A DNA stretch of 64,000 bases from Wujia sp. (GCA_051877775.1 JBJEJF010000008.1:27408-91407), one strand, 5' to 3'; numbered from the stretch's first letter, positions 9,877-19,982 are shown. Translations and numbers: made by a program. The notes: generated by a model from the letters alone, not told the origin.

Positions 9877-10914
9877 TTATTGTGCAGCCTCTGCTGCAGC
9901 TCTTGCATGTTCTACAAAGATATCCCGGATCGCAGGCATCTCTCCCAATCCTTTCAGAACACACTCGACCTCATATCCCTCTGCCTCAAATATACTCTTC
10001 CATGAATCTTCCTCATCACCGGCCATATCATTGTTGGCATGGTCTCCGGCAACAATCATCAACGGCTCCAATACAACTCTCTTGTAAGATCCTGCCCTTA
10101 CCTGTGCAAGTACATCATCAACGGAAGGTTCTGCTTCAACAGTACCTATATAATAATTGTTATATCCTTTATCTGTAAGCATCTCCTGAAGTCTGGTATA
10201 TACCTGATTGGAAGCAGCCTCTGTTCCATGTCCCATAAAACAGATTGCAGTCTCTCCGTCATCATACTCCGCTGTTGCTTCTGTGATAGCTTTTAACACA
10301 GCCTCAAAATCCTCGTCTGATGTAAGCAGCGGCTCTCCGATTGAAACACAGTCAAATGCATCTGCATAGTTGGCGATCTCTCCTACAAGCTCGTCATACT
10401 CCAGACCGTTCATCAAATGTGTCGGCTGAACAACCAGTGTTTTTACACCATTATCTACAGCTCTATCAAGTGCCTCCCTGACATTATCAATAGACACTCC
10501 ATCTCTATCCTTCACATGGTCAATAATAATCTGACTGGTAAATCCTCTTCTGACAGAATATGTGTCTCCCAATTCCTCATCGAGACTGTTCTCTATTGCT
10601 CCTATGGTAAGGCGTCTGCTATCATTATAGCTGGTTCCGAAGCTTACAACCAGCAGTTCCTTTTCCCCGATATCATCCTGATTTCTGACATTGTCCAGGC
10701 TTGCATCTCCTGTCTCATAATTCTCATCATCTGCCTCATCCGCAGTTGCCACATCATTTTCAGCCTCCGTCTCAGATTCGGTAGCAGTTTCTGTTGTCAC
10801 CTGGGTATCAGCCTCAGTAGTAGTTTCTGCCGTCTTCTTATCATTACAGCCGGTCAATAAACCAAACATCATACAGGTCCCAAGCATCATTGTCAGTAGT
10901 TTTTTCTTTCTCAT
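9877..10914 (-). CDS. cbiK: Sirohydrochlorin cobaltochelatase CbiK, lipoprotein (exported) form
   Basis: LLVVSFGTS, FTSQII, VQPTHLMNG, FMGHGT, PLMIVAGDHANNDM. N-terminal lipobox LTGC. Confidence 0.9.
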   Translation of the reverse strand: MRKKKLLTMMLGTCMMFGLLTGCNDKKTAETTTEADTQVTTETATESETEAENDVATADEADDENYETGDASLDNVRNQDDIGEKELLVVSFGTSYNDSRRLTIGAIENSLDEELGDTYSVRRGFTSQIIIDHVKDRDGVSIDNVREALDRAVDNGVKTLVVQPTHLMNGLEYDELVGEIANYADAFDCVSIGEPLLTSDEDFEAVLKAITEATAEYDDGETAICFMGHGTEAASNQVYTRLQEMLTDKGYNNYYIGTVEAEPSVDDVLAQVRAGSYKRVVLEPLMIVAGDHANNDMAGDEEDSWKSIFEAEGYEVECVLKGLGEMPAIRDIFVEHARAAAEAAQ

Positions 10915-10958
10915 TTCTGTATCCTCCATGCATCAATAAAATAATATAATCGGGCACA

Positions 10959-10993
10959 GAAAAAAGACCGCCAGCGAAATCACAAACTGACGG
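10959..10993 (-). terminator. Riboswitch expression-platform terminator
   Basis: Minus strand CCGTCAGT...GCTGGCGG followed by TCTTTTTT, just upstream of the cbiK SD. Confidence 0.75.
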
Positions 10994-11089
10994 AGTAATC
11001 ATCTACGGACATGCATGTCCTATATGGCGCATATAACACCATATAACGGTACGATCAATTACTCGTGATCCGGAATCTGTTTCCTGTAC

Positions 11090-11340
11090 CAACAACTGGC
11101 AGGTTTCCTGGCTTACCGATCAACACGAATATCCGCCTTCCCAATGCAGTTAACTTTACGCAACATAATCTGCTCACATAAGCCTGCTATCGCATCAGTG
11201 GCTGTGTCCTACACATGGGACATCCGCTCCTGGAATACAGTGACGAGATCGTACAGGATTCACACCTGTTTCCCTTTTAACCATTCTACCCATACAATAT
11301 CTGTGATATTATCTCAGGCAAATGGCACCAACTGTTATGA
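11090..11340 (-). promoter_or_regulatory. Cobalamin (AdoCbl) riboswitch
   Basis: Minus strand has GGTGC...AAAAGGGAAACAGGTGTGAATCCTGTACGATCTCGTCACTGT...GCCACTG...TGGGAAGGC...AAGCCAGGAAACCTGCC (B12 box), upstream of cbiK. Confidence 0.93.
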
Positions 11341-11353
11341 TTCGATTAGGGCA

Positions 11354-11382
11354 ATCATAACACACTGTCCAATATTATACAA
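11354..11382 (-). promoter_or_regulatory. Sigma-A promoter of the riboswitch leader
   Basis: TTGTAT-17 bp-TATGAT with TG extension. Confidence 0.55.
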
Positions 11383-11437
11383 GGATTTTATCATCAAACT
11401 TTTCTTTCGTTAAACCCGTGTCCATCCACAGTGAAAG

Positions 11438-11480
11438 AAAAACCGGCTGTATCCATCTACATAGAGAATACAGCCGGTTT
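11438..11480 (-). terminator. Intrinsic terminator of the FN3 protein gene
   Basis: AAACCGGCTGTAT...ATACAGCCGGTTT inverted repeat, followed by TTTTTCTTT on the minus strand. Confidence 0.8.
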
Positions 11481-11516
11481 CATATATTTATTTAATTGTT
11501 TTAACTAAATACATTT

Positions 11517-13913
11517 TTATTTTGTTATCTTGACATATTTTACTGCCGAGAACTCGGATGCCATAGTCTCACCGGCATCATTATTGGTAACATATTTGAT
11601 CTTATAATAATATGTTTTTCCCTTAGTCAGACCTGTATCCACATAGCTTGTTTTGGTTCCGCCATATATAGTCTTGATCTTCTTGTATGTACCATTCTTG
11701 CTTGTTGAACGATAGATGACATACTTCTGTGCATATGGCATCTTCTTCCATGTGATCTTAGCCTGTTTGGATGCAGAGTTTGTTACTTTGGATATGGTTG
11801 GTTTGCTCAACTTATGCTTATATGTCACATATCCTGAAGAATCTGAATAAACACCAAAATCACTATTACTTGCATTAACAAAATATGTATAATTTACTCC
11901 AGGTGTAAGACAGTCATCTATAATACTTGTTGAGTCATATGTAGTATTAACGTACGTAACATTTCCATTTGGTGCTATACGGTAAACCTGATAGTAAGTT
12001 GCATCAGGTGATGCATCCCATTTGATAACAGAGCTATAAGCAGTCTTCTTGTTGACCTTAACGCCTGTCACCGGATTTAATTTACATATATCATAAACTG
12101 TACTGTAATATTCTCTGGATCCGTTTACAGCCACAATACGTACACTTGAATATTTTACAATTCTCTGATCGTCTTTTTTGGTAATCGTATTATTCAGCGT
12201 ATAACTTGTCGCTGTGGCAGACAGAGTTTTGATCGTCTCATATGCACCGGTAGAAGGATTATAACCCTCTATTCTGATCTTCTTTGCCCCATAGACACGA
12301 TCCCATTTGATGGTAGATTTGATGCTCATCTTCGTATCTGTCTTGCTGATGGTACGCTTGGACACATAGACATTTCTCGGGTTGGTAAATCCAATATATA
12401 TACTTACATCCGAACTCTGATAATATGTCTTAACACTGCCGTTTTTCTTATATGCGCGTACCTGGAAGTTATACGATGTATTGGTCGTAAGACTTCCTGC
12501 CTTGAAGCTGTTGGCTTTTGTTGAAGTAAGGATCGTATATGCATCACCGCTAAGATCAGATTTGTAATATACCTCATAATAATCTGCGCCCGGAACCTTA
12601 TCCCAGCTTATGGTTGCCTGATTGGTATCAGTCTGGTTTACCCATGCATTTACTGACTCAAGGACAAGCTTGACGCCATCTGCATCGGAATAATCTCCCA
12701 TGTATTTCTTTTTGGTCGTTGTATCATAATAATAAGGACGAACCTTGTAATAGTATGTTCCACTCTTGACAGCTTTGTCTATATAATACTTATCTGTAAC
12801 TGTAGCGATCTTCTTATAGCCGCTTCCCTTGCTGGTAGAACGGTAGACCTCATAACCGGATACATAGGAGCTACCATCCATAGAGATATAGATTCCATTG
12901 GAGGAATAATATGCCTGACAGGTAGCACTCGGCTTACCAACTTCTACTTTATATGTTGAAGACCATTTACCATAGATATTTTTGGTAATATATGTGCCAT
13001 CCGGTGTGCCTGTGTAACGCACACGATAGTAATACTTTGTTCCAGGAACAACATCATAATCATTATAATACAAGTCGTAGCCGGTACTCCTGTCATTACT
13101 GATTGTTGTCCAGCTTCCGCTTCCGATTTTTTTCTGAATCTCATAACGACCAGAGCTGGAGTAGCTGTTCAGATAAACCTGTAACGTTACATATGGTTTG
13201 CTGTAACCAGTTGTCTTACCCTGATCATTGTATACCAATGTTCCGCTCACATTCGCATGTGAATAACTTGCAACAATTGGTGCATCATATGTATTTTGCT
13301 GTGTCCATGCAGTTCCCTTCGTACCATCATATCCGTATGGAGTGATTACGATCTTGTATGTTCCACCCATTATCCTGCTGAAGGAAAAATTCTGATAAAA
13401 ATATGGTGAATTATCACTGTATGAATTGTAATTTGAATTCGTATATGTAGCGTATTTTACACCGTTGATCGTTACTTCATACTTGTATGCATAACCAGAT
13501 ACATAACATTCAAGTAATGACCCATTGGAATACGCATTGACATATGAAATAGATGGATTCGTATTCTTCTGTGCATCCTGCTCGTCCATATTGTTCAGGT
13601 CTTCCTCTTCGGATGCATCTGTGTCCTCTGTAGTCACAACCTCTTCTTCAGAGATCTCCTCTGTAACCCCATTATCTTCCGTTGTCACAGTTTCTTCCGT
13701 AACCGTCTCCTCTGTGGTTACTTCTTCCGTAGTTGTATCCTCAACAACTACACCTTCTTCCTTTGCCGGCTCCTGCACATCTGCAGACTCATCCACAGTG
13801 GAGACCACATCTGCCGGTTCCGCTGCAAGCGCAGTTCCTGCTTCACCCACGACCAAAGCTACCGCAAGAGAAGCACATAAAAGCGACTTTGCAAATCTTT
13901 TTCTCATAAGCAC
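11517..13913 (-). CDS. Secreted fibronectin type III repeat surface protein
   Basis: Signal peptide ending ALA, acidic TTEE linker, and several FN3 repeats (W..V.GA.YYEVY; YRSTSK.G.YKKI; TYYYKV). Confidence 0.85.
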   Translation of the reverse strand: MLMRKRFAKSLLCASLAVALVVGEAGTALAAEPADVVSTVDESADVQEPAKEEGVVVEDTTTEEVTTEETVTEETVTTEDNGVTEEISEEEVVTTEDTDASEEEDLNNMDEQDAQKNTNPSISYVNAYSNGSLLECYVSGYAYKYEVTINGVKYATYTNSNYNSYSDNSPYFYQNFSFSRIMGGTYKIVITPYGYDGTKGTAWTQQNTYDAPIVASYSHANVSGTLVYNDQGKTTGYSKPYVTLQVYLNSYSSSGRYEIQKKIGSGSWTTISNDRSTGYDLYYNDYDVVPGTKYYYRVRYTGTPDGTYITKNIYGKWSSTYKVEVGKPSATCQAYYSSNGIYISMDGSSYVSGYEVYRSTSKGSGYKKIATVTDKYYIDKAVKSGTYYYKVRPYYYDTTTKKKYMGDYSDADGVKLVLESVNAWVNQTDTNQATISWDKVPGADYYEVYYKSDLSGDAYTILTSTKANSFKAGSLTTNTSYNFQVRAYKKNGSVKTYYQSSDVSIYIGFTNPRNVYVSKRTISKTDTKMSIKSTIKWDRVYGAKKIRIEGYNPSTGAYETIKTLSATATSYTLNNTITKKDDQRIVKYSSVRIVAVNGSREYYSTVYDICKLNPVTGVKVNKKTAYSSVIKWDASPDATYYQVYRIAPNGNVTYVNTTYDSTSIIDDCLTPGVNYTYFVNASNSDFGVYSDSSGYVTYKHKLSKPTISKVTNSASKQAKITWKKMPYAQKYVIYRSTSKNGTYKKIKTIYGGTKTSYVDTGLTKGKTYYYKIKYVTNNDAGETMASEFSAVKYVKITK

Positions 13914-14016
13914 ATTCCCCTTTCTAATGATTGATAATGCTCAATAACGCCTTAATTGTATCATAATAGATACAAATTTACAAGATTTTACCAAACATCA
14001 ACGCCCAATATAACGT

Positions 14017-14562
14017 CTATGGCTGAAACGTTTTCAGAGCGTCTATCGTCTGCTGTATCAGATCATCCAGAGACCAGCCAAGCATATCTGCTCCACGCTG
14101 GATAACCTCCCTGTCACAGCCTGCAGCAAAGCCTTTTGCCTTAAACTTTTTCTTCACTGATTTTAACTCCAGATCCTGCACGCTTTTTGATGGCCGCATC
14201 AGCACGACAGCACCGATCAATCCCGTTAATTCATCCACTGCATATAACACCTTCTCCATCTCATGTTCCGGTTCTATGTCTACGGTAATGCCATATCCAT
14301 GACTGGCAGTTGCATGGACAATTTTCTCATCTACTCCTCTCTCACGCATGATTTCCTGACTTTTGATACAATGCTGATCAGGATACTGTTCAAAATCCAG
14401 ATCATGCAAAAGTCCTACGATCCCCCAGAACTCCTTCTCATCACCATACCCAAGTTTTTCTGCAAAATAGATCATTGTCTTTTCTACGATCTGTGCATGC
14501 TGCAGATGAAATTCTTCCTGATTATACTCTGTCAAAAGACTCCAAGCTTCTTCTCTGGTCAT
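14017..14562 (-). CDS. HD-superfamily hydrolase
   Basis: LQHA, GLLHDLD, ASHG, AVDELTG, KSVKKKFK. Confidence 0.85.
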   Translation of the reverse strand: MTREEAWSLLTEYNQEEFHLQHAQIVEKTMIYFAEKLGYGDEKEFWGIVGLLHDLDFEQYPDQHCIKSQEIMRERGVDEKIVHATASHGYGITVDIEPEHEMEKVLYAVDELTGLIGAVVLMRPSKSVQDLELKSVKKKFKAKGFAAGCDREVIQRGADMLGWSLDDLIQQTIDALKTFQP

Positions 14563-15206
14563 AATATCTCTGCCTCCGTTTTCTTTATAATAATCTCCTG
14601 AAGTTTACTCCATATTGCCAGTGCCAGCGCCCTGTGTCCATTCTCATCCAGATGTTCCCTGTCCGCCTTAGATGGTTCCGCATAGTCTGATGCTGCAAGA
14701 TATCCTATCCCCTCTTCATCTGCAATCTGCCTATATACTTCCGGCAGATGTTTTGATGTCTCAACAGATTTTTTATCGAATTCAGGATCAAATCCATCCC
14801 ATATATCATCGCCAAGGCGGATAGGCGAGATCAGCAATATCTTTGCACCTGGAACTGCATTTTTTATCTGTCCCAGCAGCTTACGTATTCCAAGTCCTAT
14901 CACCTGTGCCGAAGCATCGTAGTGCGCTTTGCAGTCATTGGTTCCAAGCATTATTACAATTGCATCCACAGGTTTATGTGTCTCTAAGATCACCGGGAGC
15001 AACTCTGTTCCACGCCGTCCTGCCCGGAGAGGGTCATCAAATATCGTTGTCCTGCCACATAAACCTTCTTCTATAATCCGATAGTTCTCCTTACTCAATT
15101 TTTCTCCTATAATACCTGTCCATCTGACATCCCAGCTATATCGTTTCTCCGTTCCCGGTACCAGGCCATATGTATTGGAATCTCCAAAACACAATATATG
15201 TTTCAT
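14559..15206 (-). CDS. SGNH/GDSL-family esterase
   Basis: ILCFGDSNTYG, EEGLCGRTT, MLGTND, DREHL. Start MKHIL at 15206. Confidence 0.9.
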   Translation of the reverse strand: MKHILCFGDSNTYGLVPGTEKRYSWDVRWTGIIGEKLSKENYRIIEEGLCGRTTIFDDPLRAGRRGTELLPVILETHKPVDAIVIMLGTNDCKAHYDASAQVIGLGIRKLLGQIKNAVPGAKILLISPIRLGDDIWDGFDPEFDKKSVETSKHLPEVYRQIADEEGIGYLAASDYAEPSKADREHLDENGHRALALAIWSKLQEIIIKKTEAEIL

Positions 15207-15451
15207 TATTATCACCCGCTTTACAATCATTTTTTGATATTCATATTGTAGCTGATTCATCGGATTTACGCCAATATATATAACCTTGAATCCGTTATAA
15301 AAAAAATTTATACCTGAATTGTTTACAGAAGACATTCAGTTTGCTTACCTTGCAAAGCATGCCAGAAACAAAATAAAAAATAACAGAGAATTTGTCATAT
15401 GGATAAATTTATGCTAAAATAAAACATTATAATACCAAGGAGAATTTATAT

Positions 15452-17341
15452 ATGAATATAAAAATGCAGTGTTGCGGAATTATATTATTATTGGTCATTT
15501 TATATTTTTATATATGCCGCAAGAAAATAAAATTAAATACAGCAACTGCATTTATGCATCTGTTCTGGGTGACACTGATCAATCTTTCCCTGGATACATT
15601 ATCTATTGTATTTCTCACGCATCATGACAATATCCCCGGGATCGTAATCAACAGCATATGTAAATCCTATCTTTCAACTATAATATTGACAGCACTGACA
15701 GCATTATTGTATATATGCAGGGATATATACAGAGATGCCGGCATTTACAGGAAATACTCTATTGCCGGTCATCTGGTAGCCGTCTCCGGCATCATTCTTG
15801 TTTTTATTCTTCCTATATACAAGCACTGCGAGACACCGGATCAGGTATATACCTATGGTCCAAGTGTAGTTACGACCTATCTGTTTTCAGCTGCTATACT
15901 CATCTGGATCGTTGTTCTGCTTATAAGGCAGAAACAAAATATCCATCCCAGGCGATATGACGCAATGCGTATATGGATGATCCTATGGCTCATCGCTGCA
16001 TTCATCCAGTTCCTATGGAATGAGTTGCTTCTTGTCGGCTTTTTCAGTGCTATAGGCATTGTTATAATATACCTGAAGCTTGAGAATCCGGAAATTAACA
16101 TAGATGTATCCACGGGATTCTTCAGCCAGCAGGCTATGATCCTGTATACCGAGCAGCTCTATCAGTGTCGGAAAAGATTCTCCATCATAGAGCTTGTTTT
16201 CCCATACTCTATGGGATACCCTTTATCAGACAATGAATATAAGCTGCTGCAAAAAGAGCTCGCATCCTATCTGTCAGAAACAGATGGTGCCTACACATTT
16301 AAGAATACGGAAAATGACATCGTCCTTATTTTTGAAGATCAGAACCAGGCCCTGCAGTACTGTTCCATTTTAAAAAGACGATTTGAATTCGGCTGGGGTA
16401 CAGGAGGTAATTATTATCTGGATCCATCTATAATATATATGCCTGACAGCAACATATTGAACAATGCTGAAGACATCGGTCCACTTCTATCCTATGCCAA
16501 GATATATGGTAAAAGCTATACAGACAACGACATTATCATAGTCAGTCAGGAACTTCTGGACGATATGCAGAGAGAAAAAAAGATCGAACTGCTGATTGCC
16601 GATGCAATCGACCACAACAGGATCGATGTGTATTACCAGCCAATTTATTCTACAAAACACCAAAAATTCGTCTCTGCAGAAGCTCTGGTTCGTATACGTG
16701 ATAAAGATGGTAATCTGGTTGCCCCTGGTGTCTTTATCCCTGTAGCAGAAAAAAATGGCAGCATACTGCAGTTAGGTGAAATTGTATTTGAAAAAGTCTG
16801 TCGTTTTTTAAGCATGCACAAACCGGAGCGTTATGGGATAGAATATATAGAGGTGAACCTCTCTGTCGTACAATGTGCATATGAGCATCTTGCTGAGAAT
16901 TTTATCAGTATTATGGACAAATACCATATAGCACCCGAACAGATCAATCTCGAGATCACAGAATCCGCATCTGTAAACGAAAAGATGATTTTATTAAATA
17001 ATATGAACCAGCTGATTGATTACGGAGTGAACTTCTCTCTGGATGACTTCGGAACCGGGCAGTCCAATCTAAATTATATCGTGGAAATGCCTGTAGATAT
17101 CATCAAATTTGACCGGAGCATGATTATGGCATATTTCGAAAACGGAAAAGCCAAATATGTTATGGATGCTGCAATGCACATGATCCATGGTCTGAAGCTC
17201 ATGATAGTATCCGAGGGAATAGAAACTATCGAACAATACGAGGCCATGGAAGCTCTCGGAATTGCCTATATACAGGGATACTATTTTTCAAAACCACTAC
17301 CTGAATCAGATTTTCTGAAATTCATCAGTGACAACGTATAA
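15452..17341 (+). CDS. Membrane-bound c-di-GMP phosphodiesterase (multi-TM sensor, degenerate GGDEF-like region, EAL)
   Basis: About 7 TM segments, then YYQPI, AEALVR, EITES, DDFGTG, KFDRS, EGIET, QGYYFSKP. Confidence 0.9.
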   Translation: MNIKMQCCGIILLLVILYFYICRKKIKLNTATAFMHLFWVTLINLSLDTLSIVFLTHHDNIPGIVINSICKSYLSTIILTALTALLYICRDIYRDAGIYRKYSIAGHLVAVSGIILVFILPIYKHCETPDQVYTYGPSVVTTYLFSAAILIWIVVLLIRQKQNIHPRRYDAMRIWMILWLIAAFIQFLWNELLLVGFFSAIGIVIIYLKLENPEINIDVSTGFFSQQAMILYTEQLYQCRKRFSIIELVFPYSMGYPLSDNEYKLLQKELASYLSETDGAYTFKNTENDIVLIFEDQNQALQYCSILKRRFEFGWGTGGNYYLDPSIIYMPDSNILNNAEDIGPLLSYAKIYGKSYTDNDIIIVSQELLDDMQREKKIELLIADAIDHNRIDVYYQPIYSTKHQKFVSAEALVRIRDKDGNLVAPGVFIPVAEKNGSILQLGEIVFEKVCRFLSMHKPERYGIEYIEVNLSVVQCAYEHLAENFISIMDKYHIAPEQINLEITESASVNEKMILLNNMNQLIDYGVNFSLDDFGTGQSNLNYIVEMPVDIIKFDRSMIMAYFENGKAKYVMDAAMHMIHGLKLMIVSEGIETIEQYEAMEALGIAYIQGYYFSKPLPESDFLKFISDNV

Positions 17342-17364
17342 TAATGCGAAGCACTTACATATGA

Positions 17365-17418
17365 TAAAAAATATCGGAATCATTTGTTTATTCATAGCAA
17401 ATGATTCCGATGTTTTTA
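17365..17418. terminator. Bidirectional terminator
   Basis: AAAAATATCGGAATCATTTG...CAAATGATTCCGATGTTTTT between convergent genes. Confidence 0.85.
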
Positions 17419-17443
17419 ATGTACATCTTTTATTTCAATTAAC

Positions 17444-18247
17444 CTACCATGTACGTGAATTCAACTCTCTAAACTGTGCAACCGTTGACACATGTGAATT
17501 CAAACCACCATCTACATTGACAATCTGCCCGCTCACATAGTTGCTCTCATCAGAAGCAAGATATACGCACATATGACCGATATCTTCCGGACAACCATAA
17601 CGATTTACCATAATATTGCTCAGGAATATATCCTTAAGCGCCTGTGGCACATATGCTTCATTCTCTGGTGTAACAATCAGACCCGGACGTACACAGTTAC
17701 AACGAATGTTATCTTTACCATACTGCAATGCAGTGGACTGTGTCAGCATATCTACACCGGCCTTGGCACATGCATACGCGGTAGAGCCAAGATCTCCTCC
17801 ACAGGAAGCCATTGAACCGATATTGATGATCGATCCTCCATTTTCATTCTTCTGCATATATGGAAGTACACATTTTGTCGCATAGAAGGTACCACGTACA
17901 TCACTCTGGAATACGCTATCCCACATCTCTAATGTCAGCTCATCTACACGGCCATCCTTAAGTCCGACATTTGCCGCATTATTGACCAGAACATCGATCT
18001 TGCCATACTTCTCATATACATCCTCGAACAGCTTTTCTATGCTCTCTGTGACAGTGATGTCCATAAAATGATAGAATGCCTCTCCACCATCCTTAACAAT
18101 ACTGTCAACAACAGCCTGTCCCTTCTCTTCTCTTCTGCCACAGATAACAACCTTAGCTCCCTCCGCTGCATATAATCTGGCAATACCTACACCAATACCG
18201 CTGGTAGAACCAGTAACTATTGCAACCTTACCTTTTAATCTGTCCAT
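17444..18247 (-). CDS. Classical SDR oxidoreductase (possible hydroxysteroid dehydrogenase)
   Basis: TGSTSGIG, NNAA, S..YACAK, RCNCVRPG, VDGG. Confidence 0.9.
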   Translation of the reverse strand: MDRLKGKVAIVTGSTSGIGVGIARLYAAEGAKVVICGRREEKGQAVVDSIVKDGGEAFYHFMDITVTESIEKLFEDVYEKYGKIDVLVNNAANVGLKDGRVDELTLEMWDSVFQSDVRGTFYATKCVLPYMQKNENGGSIINIGSMASCGGDLGSTAYACAKAGVDMLTQSTALQYGKDNIRCNCVRPGLIVTPENEAYVPQALKDIFLSNIMVNRYGCPEDIGHMCVYLASDESNYVSGQIVNVDGGLNSHVSTVAQFRELNSRTW

Positions 18248-18367
18248 GATTGATCCTCCTTGATTTTATATTTATATTATGAATGAATCGAATGCATAAC
18301 AAAAGATATACTTTTGATATATTATAACATAAAACAAATCAAATAGCCAAATATTTATTTTTAATTT

Positions 18368-19459
18368 TCAGGGTTTTCCCGCCTCTTTACCCTCCACGTA
18401 TTCTTCAAAGGTCAGTCCTTCTGCATCCATTTTTTCTTTCATACTATGAAATATATCGCAGCCTTTTTTGCTTGATTTATTGAAGAACCGGCACATGAAT
18501 CCCTCTATGACAATCAGAATCCCTATGAATACAAAAACATCCAAGGTTGTATCAAATCCGCCATAAATTGCTGTTCCAATGATTGCAATAATCGAACAAC
18601 CCGAAAAAATGCTTATGTTTACCAGACAATTGCGTCGATAATTATATTGCCGGTCAAGCTGTTCCATAAATTCTTCGTTTGTCATTAAATCCTTGCCCTG
18701 TCTGGCTCGTTTCTTATTTTTCTTTCTGTACTGTTTTAACCACTCTTTCGGTAGATCATCCTTCATGCTCTCAGACAATCCCTCACGAAAAGATATCGTT
18801 TCCTGCTTTGGTGCTTTTACAGAACCATATGTTTTATAATTCTTTACTGCCCGTATAGTCATAAAAATACCAATATAAACACCCGTCAACAAAATAGGAA
18901 GCCACCTCTGTACTTTCAGCGAATACTTATTTGAAAATATACATGCAAGAACAAACATCATAATAAAGAGTGCGAATAATATTCCATTCACTACACCCGG
19001 TTTCATATTTTTATTTTTTTCAACAAGCGGACGAATCAGGAAAAACACAACGGAATCAATCAGAATCGCAAATATGATACCAATCATATATCCCCCTATG
19101 TCACTGATTCCCATAAGTCCCTCTCCATCTTCGCAGAAAATCAACCAATCCACAAGCTCAAATACAAACATAACCCATGCAAGTCTGTAGATCCTGCCCG
19201 GAACTTCTTTCAAACGGTTTTCTGCGGTGTATTCACTGAAGAAATTCTCCGCAAACACATGAACATCATCCCCGACAATATCGGATACAGGCAGCCCCGC
19301 TTCCTGTGCCTCCAGCATATGATCCAACAATTCCATCATCATATCATTCACTACATCCTCACCGATCAGATGTGTCTCACTGTACATTTCTACCTGGTCA
19401 AATGCTGCCTTGTATTCCTGATTCAGCTTATCTTCAAGCAAAATATATCCGCTTTTCAT
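18368..19459 (-). CDS. DUF1048-like N-terminal domain membrane protein
   Basis: ELLDHMLEAQEAGLPVSDIVGDDVHVFAE plus about 6 TM segments. Typical partner downstream of PadR. Confidence 0.7.
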   Translation of the reverse strand: MKSGYILLEDKLNQEYKAAFDQVEMYSETHLIGEDVVNDMMMELLDHMLEAQEAGLPVSDIVGDDVHVFAENFFSEYTAENRLKEVPGRIYRLAWVMFVFELVDWLIFCEDGEGLMGISDIGGYMIGIIFAILIDSVVFFLIRPLVEKNKNMKPGVVNGILFALFIMMFVLACIFSNKYSLKVQRWLPILLTGVYIGIFMTIRAVKNYKTYGSVKAPKQETISFREGLSESMKDDLPKEWLKQYRKKNKKRARQGKDLMTNEEFMEQLDRQYNYRRNCLVNISIFSGCSIIAIIGTAIYGGFDTTLDVFVFIGILIVIEGFMCRFFNKSSKKGCDIFHSMKEKMDAEGLTFEEYVEGKEAGKP

Positions 19460-19491
19460 AATTTCCTCCAATCTGAAATGTCATGCATTTC

Positions 19492-19809
19492 CTATCCCTC
19501 CAACACAGCGTTGGCACATTTTATAATACGTTTATAGTTCTCTTTAAATCCATCCAAATACTCAGAACCGGAATCCGTGACCGAATAGTATTTTCGGATT
19601 GGACCTAACGGGGACTTTGCTTTCCGACAGGAAATATACCCCTTTTTTTCCAGCCGTGTCAGCACCGGATACATGGTTCCCTCCCCCAGATTCTCAAAAC
19701 CATAGGAAGCTAGCTGCTGTAAGATCTCATATCCATAGGTCTCACCCTTTGCAATTACCGCAAGCACGCAGCCCTCCAGGATTCCTTTCATTAATTGTGT
19801 ATCATCCAC
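19492..19809 (-). CDS. PadR-family transcriptional regulator
   Basis: QLMKGILEGCVL, YGYEI, EGTMYPVLTRLE, RKYYSVT. GTG start at 19809 with SD GGAGG. Confidence 0.92.
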   Translation of the reverse strand: MDDTQLMKGILEGCVLAVIAKGETYGYEILQQLASYGFENLGEGTMYPVLTRLEKKGYISCRKAKSPLGPIRKYYSVTDSGSEYLDGFKENYKRIIKCANAVLEG

Positions 19810-19892
19810 TGAATCTACCTCCGTCATCAGCCATACGTCCAAGTTTTTCCGATATCTTTGAAATAACTCTAACATGTATTGTATATATGCAT

Positions 19893-19955
19893 CTACTTTG
19901 TATTGTCAAGTAGCATGCAAAAAAATTACCACAACTACTTTGTATTGTCAAGTAG
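19893..19955. repeat. Two identical 21-bp dyad elements (candidate PadR operators)
   Basis: CTACTTTGTATTGTCAAGTAG at 19893-19913 and 19935-19955. Each is CTACTT-N9-AAGTAG and contains TTGACA on the minus strand. Confidence 0.75.
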
Positions 19956-19969
19956 TTGTGGTAATTTTT
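19921..19969. terminator. Terminator of the MMPL operon
   Basis: Perfect 20-bp stem AAAAATTACCACAACTACTT / AAGTAGTTGTGGTAATTTTT. Confidence 0.8.
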
Positions 19970-19982
19970 ACTTTAGAAATTA

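Noticed and set aside
11144-11413. 89-aa plus-strand ORF
   Set aside because: Antisense to the cobalamin riboswitch, so explained by it.
19893-19955. CRISPR mini-array
   Set aside because: Only two 21-bp copies with a 21-bp gap and no cas genes. Better explained as operator/terminator.
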